Shown here in pieces: positions 55,523-64,000 of a DNA stretch of 64,000 nucleotides (its first letter is position 1; every line of letters begins with the position of its first letter). The stretch is from positions 1 to 64,000 of the forward strand of contig DASRGZ010000166.1 in NCBI GenBank assembly GCA_035650735.1. Direction: 5' to 3'. The DNA is from Chthonomonadaceae bacterium (GTDB lineage: Bacteria > Armatimonadota > Chthonomonadetes > Chthonomonadales > Chthonomonadaceae). The notes under the pieces were generated by a model. That model saw nothing but the letters and a program-made list of their open reading frames with translations. It made no database searches and was not told the DNA's origin. A program made the position numbers and the translations under genes.

Positions 55523-56185
55523 TCACTGAAACAGGAACCGGAAGATGCGCGTCAGGAGGCCGGGGCGTTGCGTATCCGAGACGATGCCCTTGCCGTCATA
55601 GCGCACGCTCACATCGGCTACCAGGTTAGAGGCGATGGTGTTGTCCGGGCCGATGTCTTCCGGGCGCACGATGCCGGAGAAGGTAACGCGCTGCGTCTCG
55701 CGGTTGATCCCGATCACGCGCGAGCCCTCGATGTGCAGCGTGCCGTTGGGAAGGACCTCCTTGACCACGACCGCCAGCGTGGTTACCAGGGTGCCGCTGC
55801 GGGTCGTCTGCCCGGCGCCGTTGGCAGAGCGCGAATTGCTGGCCGAGAGGGTCAGGCTCTTAAAGAGCCGCTGGAGCAGGCCGGTTCCCTGGTTGACACT
55901 GACACTGTCGTCCTGAGACCTCTTGGTGTTGGCGGAGGACTGGGCGGTCGTCGCCTCCGAGATGACGACCGTCAGCGGGTCGCCGACATCGTGAGCGCGC
56001 GGGTCGCTATAGAGCGAGGCGGCACTGGCGCTGCTGCTGCCGCGCTGGGCCTGGCCGGCCCGCTTGATGGGAAATAGCGAGTCGGAGCGGGCCATCCCGG
56101 CGGAGGCGACCAGCGCCAACAGCGCGCAGCCGAGCATCAGGTTCTTGCAGCGAGAACGTTGGGAAGTTTGGTGTAGGATATGCAT
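55523..56185 (-). CDS. flgH: Flagellar L-ring protein FlgH
   Basis: LYSDPRA.DVGD.LTV, V.EVLPNG.L.IEG, SGIVRPEDI..DNTI.S..VAD. Confidence 0.95.
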   Translation of the reverse strand: MHILHQTSQRSRCKNLMLGCALLALVASAGMARSDSLFPIKRAGQAQRGSSSASAASLYSDPRAHDVGDPLTVVISEATTAQSSANTKRSQDDSVSVNQGTGLLQRLFKSLTLSASNSRSANGAGQTTRSGTLVTTLAVVVKEVLPNGTLHIEGSRVIGINRETQRVTFSGIVRPEDIGPDNTIASNLVADVSVRYDGKGIVSDTQRPGLLTRIFRFLFQ

Positions 56186-56235
56186 GGCATCTGTCCTGCG
56201 CGGCGCGGGCTCAGGCGAAAACCCGCGCCTCCAGC

Positions 56236-57378
56236 TTATGGTTGCGTCGTCTCTTCCGTATTGGTATGGGCACCGTCCGCGCTGGTTTCTTCAGCGCCCG
56301 GGTCGTCGCCATCCGAACTGGCGTTGAGGCGCACCATCCGACTGTTGACAATCACGGCGTCCAGTTCTTTGCGCGTATCCAGCGCGTAGACCCGGATGGT
56401 CTCCCCTACCCCGCCGGCTTGACGCGCCAGCGCAGGGGCGGTGATGCGGATAGAGCCGAACACGTACTCAATGGTGATCCTGTCGTTGGCGCTGATGGCG
56501 GGCGGCGTCTCCAGGGCCGCAGCCGGGATGGGTGCGTTGGCCTGTAGGCGGCGTTTCGCCCGTTTGCCGATGGCCTCTTTAAGCTCGGTAATCGGCCCGG
56601 TAAAGCCGGGCGGAAGGTCGGTCGGCGTGAGCGCCACGTCCCCGACAGCCAGGATCTCGTGCGCCTCAACGGTGCGGGTCGCCACTAGCACCTCCGCTTT
56701 GCGGCGCACGCGCAGGGCTACCTCCACCGTATGGGCCGGCTTGCCGTTGACCATCAGGCTCACCGGCACGTAAATGGTTCCCGTCTCCGGTTGGCCGTGA
56801 TAGGCGCCCGCAAGTATCCGCAAGCTGCCCGCGGGAACGGTGATCTTGTCTTCCGTCTGGACCGGCTCCAGCGCGAGGTTCGGAACGTCTTTGAGGGCCG
56901 CCTGCGCGGAGGCTATCGCCGCCTGGGTAATCTCGTCGGCGGAGACCTCATGCCCGGCGCGCGTGACCCGGATGGAGGGCGGGGCAAGGACCTCCACGCG
57001 CTTGCTTTCCAGGCGGTTGGCCCGCAGGCGCACAGTGATGTCTCCGGGAGTGAGCAGGCGCGACAGGCCCGGCAGCGGCGATACGCCGATCTCGACCGCC
57101 GCCAGCCGCGCTATCAGCTCCTGATCGCCGCCCGTTATATCGGCGATCTCTCCGAGCGTGAAGGCGCGTCCGGCCACCTCGGCATTGGCCTGCACGGTCA
57201 CGGTGACGACGGCTTCGGCGGGCACGACGGCCGTGGGTCGGGCGGCGCTCCTGTCCGTGCGTTTTGCCGGCGCCGTTTTGCCGCCGTGCGCCGGAGGAGA
57301 AGCGGCCTGAACGCCCGACGGCAGACAGGCCAGTGCCAACAGGCTGATGATGGAAAGCGATGTGGAGTGAAGTCGCAT
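56236..57378 (-). CDS. flgA: P-ring formation chaperone FlgA (long form)
   Basis: Signal peptide, TLGEIA, SAF domain, A.Q.GGVGETIRV; between flgG and flgH. Confidence 0.9.
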   Translation of the reverse strand: MRLHSTSLSIISLLALACLPSGVQAASPPAHGGKTAPAKRTDRSAARPTAVVPAEAVVTVTVQANAEVAGRAFTLGEIADITGGDQELIARLAAVEIGVSPLPGLSRLLTPGDITVRLRANRLESKRVEVLAPPSIRVTRAGHEVSADEITQAAIASAQAALKDVPNLALEPVQTEDKITVPAGSLRILAGAYHGQPETGTIYVPVSLMVNGKPAHTVEVALRVRRKAEVLVATRTVEAHEILAVGDVALTPTDLPPGFTGPITELKEAIGKRAKRRLQANAPIPAAALETPPAISANDRITIEYVFGSIRITAPALARQAGGVGETIRVYALDTRKELDAVIVNSRMVRLNASSDGDDPGAEETSADGAHTNTEETTQP

Positions 57379-57459
57379 ACCAGGAACCTTTGCCCCGTGC
57401 GGCGGGGAGTCCCGAGCCGGCCATTTTTCATGCCCGGCTCCCTAATCCATTAAGTTAGA

Positions 57460-58251
57460 TTAGCGCTTGATGTTGGTGGTGGTGTTCAGCATCTCGTCGG
57501 CAGCCTGGATCACCTTAGAGTTGGTATCGTAGGCGCGCTGCAGGATGATCATGCGGACCATCTCCTCCACGATGTCTACGTTGGAGGCTTCGAGGGACTT
57601 ATGCAGCAGCGTGCCCAGCCCCTGCGAGCCGGGATTGCCGTCGGTGGGCTGGCCGGAGGCATCGGTCGGCTGGAAGAGATTGCCGCCCAGGGCGCGCAGG
57701 CCCGCCGGGTTGATGAAGCTGGTCAACTGGATCTGGCCGACCGTCTGCGCCTGGCTCTGGCCGGGCAGCCGGACGGAGACCTGCCCATCGGCGCTGATGC
57801 TGATGGAGGTTCCTGCGTTAGGCGGAATGACGATCTCGGGCTGCAGCGGATACCCCTCCGGCGTGACCAGCTTTCCGGTGCCGTCAATGGCTAGATTTCC
57901 GGCGCGTGTATAGGCGTTCGTGCCGTCGGGCAGCAGCACCTTGAAGAAGCCATCGCCGCGAATGGCCAGGTCATAGAGGCCGCCGGTATTCTGGATGGTG
58001 CCCTGGGTAAAGAGGGCAGCGGTGGTGCCGGTGGAGACGCCGAGGCCGACCTGCGAGCCGGTCGGGAGTTGGGAGTTGGTGCCGGTCTGCGCGCCCGGCT
58101 CACGCAGGTTCTGGTAGACCAGATCCTGGAAGTCAGCGCGACTACGCTTGAAGCCGACGGTGCTGGCGTTGGCAAGGTTGTTGGCGACGACGTCGAGGTT
58201 GAGCTGCTGAGCAGCCAGCCCGGTCGCTGAGGTAAACAGAGAGCGCAACAT
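57460..58251 (-). CDS. flgG: Distal rod protein FlgG
   Basis: ANNLANAST.GFKRSR..FQDL.YQ, GDGFF, YTRAG, LEASNV.IVEEMV. Confidence 0.97.
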   Translation of the reverse strand: MLRSLFTSATGLAAQQLNLDVVANNLANASTVGFKRSRADFQDLVYQNLREPGAQTGTNSQLPTGSQVGLGVSTGTTAALFTQGTIQNTGGLYDLAIRGDGFFKVLLPDGTNAYTRAGNLAIDGTGKLVTPEGYPLQPEIVIPPNAGTSISISADGQVSVRLPGQSQAQTVGQIQLTSFINPAGLRALGGNLFQPTDASGQPTDGNPGSQGLGTLLHKSLEASNVDIVEEMVRMIILQRAYDTNSKVIQAADEMLNTTTNIKR

Positions 58252-58447
58252 AGATGGGAGTCCTCCGAGAAAGGCAGACGTGCTTCTCCCTTTGGCAGGA
58301 CGCGATGCTATGCCTGCTGCCAGGGGCGGGGCACACTTGCCTGTTTCTCAACCCCGTCAATCGGTCGGGGGTCAAGGACGGCCCCTGCCGACGCCACAGC
58401 CCTCCGGGCGCGGGCAGTCCAGCCGTCATAATACACTGTTAGAAAGG

Positions 58448-59203
58448 TTAAGCCTTGCCGACCTCGGTGGCGGCCAGCCGCAACAGTTCATCCTGGGTGG
58501 TCACGGCGCGCTGGGCCATCTCGAAGCCGCGCGAAACGGTGATCAGCCGCACCAGATCCGTGACGGCATTGGCATTGGATTGCTCCAGCATGCCGGGATG
58601 CACCACCGGATTGGCGGCGAGGCGCACTGCCTGCGGGTTGGCGGCGGTGAACAGGCTGTCGCCCGCTTTGATGAGCATGGCCGGGTTCGCCTGCACGATG
58701 CGAAGGCGCGCGATGGGCCGACCATCGGCAGTCAAGTTTCCGGCCCCATCCAGGGCGAAGTGGCGCTGGCCGGGCGTGGTGACGATGGGCTGGCCGTTGG
58801 CATTGAGCACCGGCAAGCCTGCGGCGTTGCGCAGGCGGCCGGAGCCATCCAGATGAAAGTTTCCGGCGCGGGTATAGCGTTCGCCGCCGGGAGCGCGCAC
58901 GGCGAAGAACAGGTTGTCGCCCAGGCTGGCATCCAGCGGGTTGCCGGTCTGGGCCAGCGGGCCGGTCTGCCAGTCGGTATAGACCTTGTCGGTGGCAACG
59001 CCCACGCCAAGCTCTCCGACGCGCGGGCCGCGCCCGGCCCCATTGATCAGGCTGTGGACGGCCATGCCGTGCAGCGCGCGGAACGTGGGGACATCCTGCT
59101 TAAAGCCGACCGTGTTGGCGTTGGCGATGTTACTGGCCAGCGTATCCTGGATGGCCTGCTCGGCGAGCATCCCGGAAGCGGCAGCATAGAGACCGCGTAT
59201 CAT
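58448..59203 (-). CDS. flgF: Flagellar rod protein FlgF (hook-basal body family)
   Basis: GLYAAASGM, NIANANTVGFK, TGNPLD, YTRAGNF, LEQSN; upstream of flgG. Confidence 0.88.
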   Translation of the reverse strand: MIRGLYAAASGMLAEQAIQDTLASNIANANTVGFKQDVPTFRALHGMAVHSLINGAGRGPRVGELGVGVATDKVYTDWQTGPLAQTGNPLDASLGDNLFFAVRAPGGERYTRAGNFHLDGSGRLRNAAGLPVLNANGQPIVTTPGQRHFALDGAGNLTADGRPIARLRIVQANPAMLIKAGDSLFTAANPQAVRLAANPVVHPGMLEQSNANAVTDLVRLITVSRGFEMAQRAVTTQDELLRLAATEVGKA

Positions 59204-59360
59204 GAGCGGCGTCTCCTGGGTGCGTGGGATAGCGTTCGATTGCTGAGGTAGGGGCTGCCCCTTCGGCAGTTTCCGCGCCTATTGTCTTCAAGACAAGGGA
59301 ATGGAAACAGACAGAGTGGGTCGCTTTACTGTTGCCAATAGGAGCAGCTTACATGGGGGA

Positions 59361-59388
59361 TTATCGGGCAGAAAAGCGGTAAACTTTA
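59361..59388 (-). promoter_or_regulatory. Sigma28 (FliA)-type promoter for the flg operon
   Basis: Minus strand TAAAGTTT-N12-CCCGATAA against consensus TAAAGTTT-N11-GCCGATAA. Confidence 0.75.
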
Positions 59389-59409
59389 GAGGATTTGCAA
59401 ACCAGCTAT

Positions 59410-59505
59410 CCCCCTTCCTTAGCGCTCCGCGCTGCGGGAGAGGGGAGAGGCCCCCACTCTGGCCCTCCCCCTGTTCTTGGGGGGAGGGGAGGAGAGAAGC
59501 CGGGT
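59410..59505. repeat. CCCTCCCC/GGGGAGGG palindromic repeat
   Basis: Same family as 38-158. Confidence 0.7.
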
Positions 59506-59597
59506 TTATCCTCTGCCCACGTAGGTGGGCAGCGGGCCTCGCAAGGTGTGGCCAGGCGGAGGGCGGTCGCAAGGCGGAGGCAGGGGCCATACCCTTG

Positions 59598-59703
59598 CCG
59601 ACCCGTGCAGTGGCGCGAACCATTGTAGCGCCGACCCTGGCAGTCCATTGTAGGCCCGACCCTGGCAATGGCGCGAGCGAGCGCAGCGCCGACCCTGGCA
59701 GCG
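59598..59703. repeat. Degenerate tandem repeat with four CCGACCCTGGCA-like cores
   Basis: Cores separated by CATTGTAG / TGGCGCGA pieces. Confidence 0.65.
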
Positions 59704-59761
59704 CCCCACAGCGGCAGGGTTTAGCCTGCCGCTATAGGGGATTAGGTTACACACGCTTATC

Positions 59762-60310
59762 CTAAGCGGGATGCTTGGAGCCTCATCCCGGCTTGAGCGC
59801 GGGCGCGTCGTCCTCCTCGCGAACCACGGGAACATAGGGAACGCCCAGGAACGCGGCGACCTTCTGCGCCAACTCATTGAATCCGTCCTTGCCAAAATGG
59901 CCGAGGACGGCGGCCTGAATCGCAGCGTCGGCGCCCATCAGGTATAAGTCGGGAACGCCGACGAGGCCGTAGCTCTCGCTTACCTGCAGGGTCTCATCCA
60001 GCAGGAGCGGAAACGTCGCGTTGCCGTTTTCCCGCGCAAACGCCAGCGTATCCTCGCGATTATCCTGGGAAATCCCCCAGATCTGGAACTTTCCGCCGGA
60101 GGGCTGGGCGTATTGCTCGTGGAAGCGCTGCAGGAACGGCACCGAATACTTGCACGTTCCACATCCGACCTTGAAGAACACGGCCAGCAGCAGGCCGCGT
60201 TCCCGCGCCTCCCGGCTGGAATAGGTCTTGCCGTCCGTGCCGCCCAGCTCAAAATCCACGACGGGGCTGCCCGCCGCGCGTGGGCCAGAGGAGGCAGTCT
60301 CGGCTGCCAT
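59762..60310 (-). CDS. TlpA/AhpC-TSA family thioredoxin-fold oxidoreductase, probable selenoprotein (UGA at 59783-59785)
   Basis: FFKVGCGTC, GISQD, FPLLLD, VP; readthrough gives KPG-U-GSKHPA-stop with a downstream hairpin. Confidence 0.8.
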
Positions 60311-60411
60311 CGCTCTCACCTCCTTTCTCGTGTGGATAGATGCGTTGTGGGCTTTAGTATACCCGCCAATAAGGCGAGGTGACAACGCGATTCTCAGGCT
60401 CAATCCAGGGC

Positions 60412-60506
60412 TCTTCCTCAGAAAGTTCTGTGGGAGTTCAAGATCATCAGCGCAGATGTTGGGCGGGTTGTTGAAGGGTATCTTCCTCAGAGAGTTCTAT
60501 GGGAGT
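60412..60506. repeat. Two 26-bp palindromic direct repeats (2 mismatches), period 69 bp
   Basis: TCTTCCTCAGARAGTTCTRTGGGAGT at 60412-60437 and 60481-60506. Confidence 0.8.
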
Positions 60507-60546
60507 GCTTATCCAATCGCCTGATACCAGGAGCAACAAGGTGAAT

Positions 60547-61446
60547 ATGCCTCTTCCTGCGGCGCACAACCGGTTACTTATCTCTGCCCCATTTCGTGTT
60601 TTGCCGCCACCTCTGATTATCGTCGGGATGCATCGATCAGGAACCAGCCTTGTGGCGGGGATGCTGACGATCCTGGGGGTCTATCTTGACCCGGCCATGA
60701 TGCCGCCCGCCGAAGGCGAGAGGCTCTCCATACCGGACGAGCAGCTCCGCCAGGATGGGTACGGAGAGGCACAGGACTTTCGCCTGCTGAATGAACGCCT
60801 TCTGGCCCGCGCGAGCGCCTCCTGGGACTACGTCGAACCGTTCCTACAGCGGCGAGATCGGCCCACGTTTGCCCGCCTGAGCCTGGCCCGAATGCAGTTG
60901 GCGACTTTCGGCAGCCTGCGCAGCAGCTTTTTGCGGCCTTTGCCCCCTGATTATCGCGGCCCCTGGGGCTGGAAGGACCCGCGCACGAGCCTGACCCTCC
61001 CTTATTGGCTGCGGCTTTTCCCGGAGGCGCGCATCCTTCATGTTCGCCGGAATCCGGAAAATGTAGTCAATAGCCTCCAGCGCCGCGCCCACGCCTGGGC
61101 TGAGACGTCCCTTGCGCCTCCCTCTTTTGGCGCGCGTCTACAGCGCGCGCTCCTCCACCCGGATGTGGCCCTCCACTATCTGGGCCGCCGCCTCGGCCTC
61201 GTCTCTTCGGCGGCTTCGGCGCGTCCTTCGCTGCTGGACCGCGACTACTGCCTGCGCCTCTGTCAGCAGTATGTCGAGGAATGCGCCCGCTTTCGGGCTT
61301 ATGGAGATCGTTACCTGGAGGTGCAATTCGAAGAGATTATCCAGGACCCTGCCACTCTCGCCGCCAACCTGGCCCAGTTTGCCGGGATCACGCCTTCCTC
61401 CACGCGCATGCAGCAGGCGATTGATTTCGTGTGTCGGAAGCCTTAG
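60547..61446 (+). CDS. Sulfotransferase family protein
   Basis: IVGMHRSGTS PAPS loop, WGWKDPR, RNP..V..SL..R. Confidence 0.92.
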   Translation: MPLPAAHNRLLISAPFRVLPPPLIIVGMHRSGTSLVAGMLTILGVYLDPAMMPPAEGERLSIPDEQLRQDGYGEAQDFRLLNERLLARASASWDYVEPFLQRRDRPTFARLSLARMQLATFGSLRSSFLRPLPPDYRGPWGWKDPRTSLTLPYWLRLFPEARILHVRRNPENVVNSLQRRAHAWAETSLAPPSFGARLQRALLHPDVALHYLGRRLGLVSSAASARPSLLDRDYCLRLCQQYVEECARFRAYGDRYLEVQFEEIIQDPATLAANLAQFAGITPSSTRMQQAIDFVCRKP

Positions 61447-61619
61447 CCGGGTCCCTCGCCGGGGCTTTTGCCTAATTTCCCGGCACCATTTGGCCCCGAT
61501 TTAAGGTAAAATACACTGTGCGTGCCAAATGGGCGCGAAACTGCGCCGGTTGCCGGCCCGCCGGTTCAGGGCAATCGGCGCTTTGGCACGTATCCTGCAT
61601 CGTAGGGCAAACTGAAATT

Positions 61620-64000
61620 ATGGCACTGACCGATCTGCCGCGACTGGCGGACCAACTTCCCGGCTTTCACGACCTGGTGCAGGCGCTGGAGGCGGGCGGC
61701 GCGCAGGGGGCTGTCGCCATTGATGGCCTGGCCGGAACCGCGAAGGGCTTTGCCCTGGCGCGGCTTTTTGCGCGCCTGCAGCGCCCCATCGTCGTCCTGA
61801 CCTACCAGCAGGAGCAGGCCCAGCGGCTCTGGGACGACCTGATCCGGTTCGGCGTTCCGGAAGAGCGGGTCTGCGTGCTGCCCTCCTCCCAGAGCCTGTT
61901 TCTGGAGGGCGACGTCACCGACTTCCGCGCCATCGGCGAGCGCATCGGCGCGCTGGTGACGCTGGCTCAGGAGGCCCCCGCCATCGTCATCGGCACGGCG
62001 GAGGCGGTTCTCCAGCGCACCGCGCCCCCGCAGGACCTCCTTCCCTACGTCTTTACCCTCGAAGCCGAGCGCCTGGTTGACCTGGACGAAGTGGTGACAC
62101 GCCTGGTAGAGATGGGCTATGAGCCGGCCAGCACCGTCACCCGGCCCGGCGAGTTCAGCCGGCGCGGGGGCATTCTGGACGTGTTCCCCAGCACGGCGCA
62201 AGCCCCGGTGCGCATCGAGCTCTTCGGCGACGAGGTCGAGAGCATCCGTCCTTTCGACGTGACCACCCAGCGCAGCACCGGCAGGCAGGCCCGCGTCGAG
62301 ATAGCCCCGGCCCGCGAGATCCGCCTGACGCCCGCGCGCATCGCGCCGGCCCTGGTCGAGATCAAGGCCGCCTTCGAAGCGCGCAAGGCCGCCTTCGCCA
62401 AAGAGGGCACCCGCGAGGCCCGCCAAGCCCTGGAGCGGCTGGCCGACCGCATCAATGCCGATCTAGCTCAGCTGGAGCAAGGCGCCTATTTCGACGGCCT
62501 GGAGCAGTACTTCCCCTACCTCGTTCCCGAGCCCATCTGCGCGCTCAATTACCTGCGGCCCGAGGGCGTGGTCGTCCTGGATGAGCCCAACCAGATCCAA
62601 GACCACTGGGAGCGCCTCACCGCCGACATCCAATCGGCGCGCGAGCGCCGCTGGGAGCGCGGCGAAGCCCTGGACGTCGAGGTCCATACCTGCGGCTATG
62701 ACTGGCTGCTCAGGCAGTTGGAAACGCGCCCGACGCTGCTCCTGTCGCTGCTGGGCCGCGCGCTGGAAGGGCTGACGGTCCGGCAGCGCCTCAGCGTCAA
62801 CTCCGCGCCCATGGAGTCGTACCGGGGCCGGTTAAACGCCCTGGCCGACGAGATCGGCGTCTGGCTCGCTAACGACTGCCGCGTGCTGATCGTCTCCGAC
62901 CAGCCCTATCGCGTGCGCGAGATCTGCGCCGAGATGAAGCTGCCGGTGCAGCCCAAGGAAGCGCACATCGGGAACGCGCCGGGCCTGTTCGTCGCGCAGG
63001 GCCGCCTGCGCGCCGGCTTTAAGATCGGCGACATTCGCCTCTACCTGATCACCGACGCGGAGCTCTTCGGCAGCGCGCGCCCGGTCGTCAGCCGGCGGCG
63101 GGTGGCCGGCGGCGTGGCGATCTCGTCCGTGCTGGACCTGCGCGAGAACGATTACGTCGTCCACATCCATCACGGCATCGGCATCTATCGCGGGCTGGTC
63201 AAGCGCAAGACCGACGAGACCCTGCGCGATTACCTGCTGATCGAGTACCAGGGCGGCGACCGGCTCTACGTGCCCGCCGACCAGATCGACCGCGTGCAGC
63301 GCTATATCGGCGCCGAAGGCTCCCCACCCCAGATCAACAAGATCGGCGGCAACGAGTGGCAGCGCACCACGCGGCGCGTGCGGGAGCAGGCCCGCGAGAT
63401 GGCGGGAGAGCTTATCCACATCTATGCGGCGCGGCAGGCGGCGGAGCGCCCCTCCTACGGACAGGACACGACCTGGCAGATCGAGATGGAGGAGGCGTTT
63501 CCCTACGAGGAGACCCCCGATCAGCTGCGGGCCATCCGCGACGTCAAGGCCGATCTAGAATCCGACAAGCCCATGGATCGGTTGATCTGCGGCGACGTGG
63601 GCTTCGGCAAGACGGAGGTGGCCCTGCGCGCCGCCTTCAAGGTGGTCACGGCGGGCAAACAGGTGGCCATCCTCTGCCCGACCACGGTGCTCGCCGCGCA
63701 GCACCACTCCACCTTCAGCGAGCGGCTGGCCGCATACCCCATCAACATCGAGCTCCTCAGCCGCTTCCGCTCGCGCCAGGAGCAGGCGCAGACGGTCAAG
63801 GGCCTCAAAGAGGGTACGGTGGATATCGTCGTGGCGACCCACCGCCTGCTGAGCAAGGACGTGCAGTTCAAGAACCTGGGCCTGGTGATCGTGGACGAGG
63901 AGCAGCGCTTCGGCGTGGCGCACAAGGAGCGGCTCAAAAAGCTGCGCGCCTCGGTGGACGTGCTGACGCTGACGGCCACGCCCATCCCGCGCACGCTCTC
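61620..64000 (+). CDS. mfd: Transcription-repair coupling factor Mfd; 3' end lies beyond the window
   Basis: My own translation from ATG 61620: PGEFSRRGGILDVFP, VVHIHHGIG, FPYEETPDQ, MDRLICGDVGFGKTEVA, DEEQRFGV, TATPIPRTL. Confidence 0.97.
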   Translation, partial: MALTDLPRLADQLPGFHDLVQALEAGGAQGAVAIDGLAGTAKGFALARLFARLQRPIVVLTYQQEQAQRLWDDLIRFGVPEERVCVLPSSQSLFLEGDVTDFRAIGERIGALVTLAQEAPAIVIGTAEAVLQRTAPPQDLLPYVFTLEAERLVDLDEVVTRLVEMGYEPASTVTRPGEFSRRGGILDVFPSTAQAPVRIELFGDEVESIRPFDVTTQRSTGRQARVEIAPAREIRLTPARIAPALVEIKAAFEARKAAFAKEGTREARQALERLADRINADLAQLEQGAYFDGLEQYFPYLVPEPICALNYLRPEGVVVLDEPNQIQDHWERLTADIQSARERRWERGEALDVEVHTCGYDWLLRQLETRPTLLLSLLGRALEGLTVRQRLSVNSAPMESYRGRLNALADEIGVWLANDCRVLIVSDQPYRVREICAEMKLPVQPKEAHIGNAPGLFVAQGRLRAGFKIGDIRLYLITDAELFGSARPVVSRRRVAGGVAISSVLDLRENDYVVHIHHGIGIYRGLVKRKTDETLRDYLLIEYQGGDRLYVPADQIDRVQRYIGAEGSPPQINKIGGNEWQRTTRRVREQAREMAGELIHIYAARQAAERPSYGQDTTWQIEMEEAFPYEETPDQLRAIRDVKADLESDKPMDRLICGDVGFGKTEVALRAAFKVVTAGKQVAILCPTTVLAAQHHSTFSERLAAYPINIELLSRFRSRQEQAQTVKGLKEGTVDIVVATHRLLSKDVQFKNLGLVIVDEEQRFGVAHKERLKKLRASVDVLTLTATPIPRTL

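Noticed and set aside
1..64000. tRNA, rRNA, prophage or integrase genes
   Set aside because: None recognised by eye; a tRNAscan/Infernal run would be needed to exclude small RNAs.

Overview
GC-rich bacterial chromosomal window from a diderm, flagellated organism; gene content resembles Armatimonadota (inference). In order it holds: (1) a DtxR/MntR regulator-feoA-feoB iron-uptake cluster with candidate operator boxes; (2) a beta-barrel-type transporter and a GH2 hydrolase; (3) a glcE...glcF glycolate-oxidase pair split by a Hen1/Pnkp RNA-repair system, itself interrupted by paiB, a REP-flanked HUH tyrosine transposase, an ankyrin gene and an IS1-like MITE; (4) a minus-strand regulatory cluster with a sigma70-like/TPR fusion protein translationally coupled to a small secreted propeptide, followed by a secreted HEAT/hydrolase-fold protein and a SARP-ATPase-TPR regulator; (5) assorted metabolic genes, a fused DUF4258-DUF2283 pair and a Zn metalloprotease; (6) the flagellar operon flgF-flgG-flgA-flgH-flgI-flgJ-flgN-flgK-flgL-fliW-csrA with a sigma28 promoter; (7) a probable selenocysteine-containing TlpA-like oxidoreductase, a sulfotransferase and the 5' part of mfd. 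Cluster (4) is the best candidate for an undescribed, RRNPP-like peptide-signalling system acting through a sigma factor. Intergenic DNA carries several repeat families and three isolated repeat-spacer-repeat units of CRISPR-like geometry with no cas genes. All calls come from motif reading by eye; no database searches were run.
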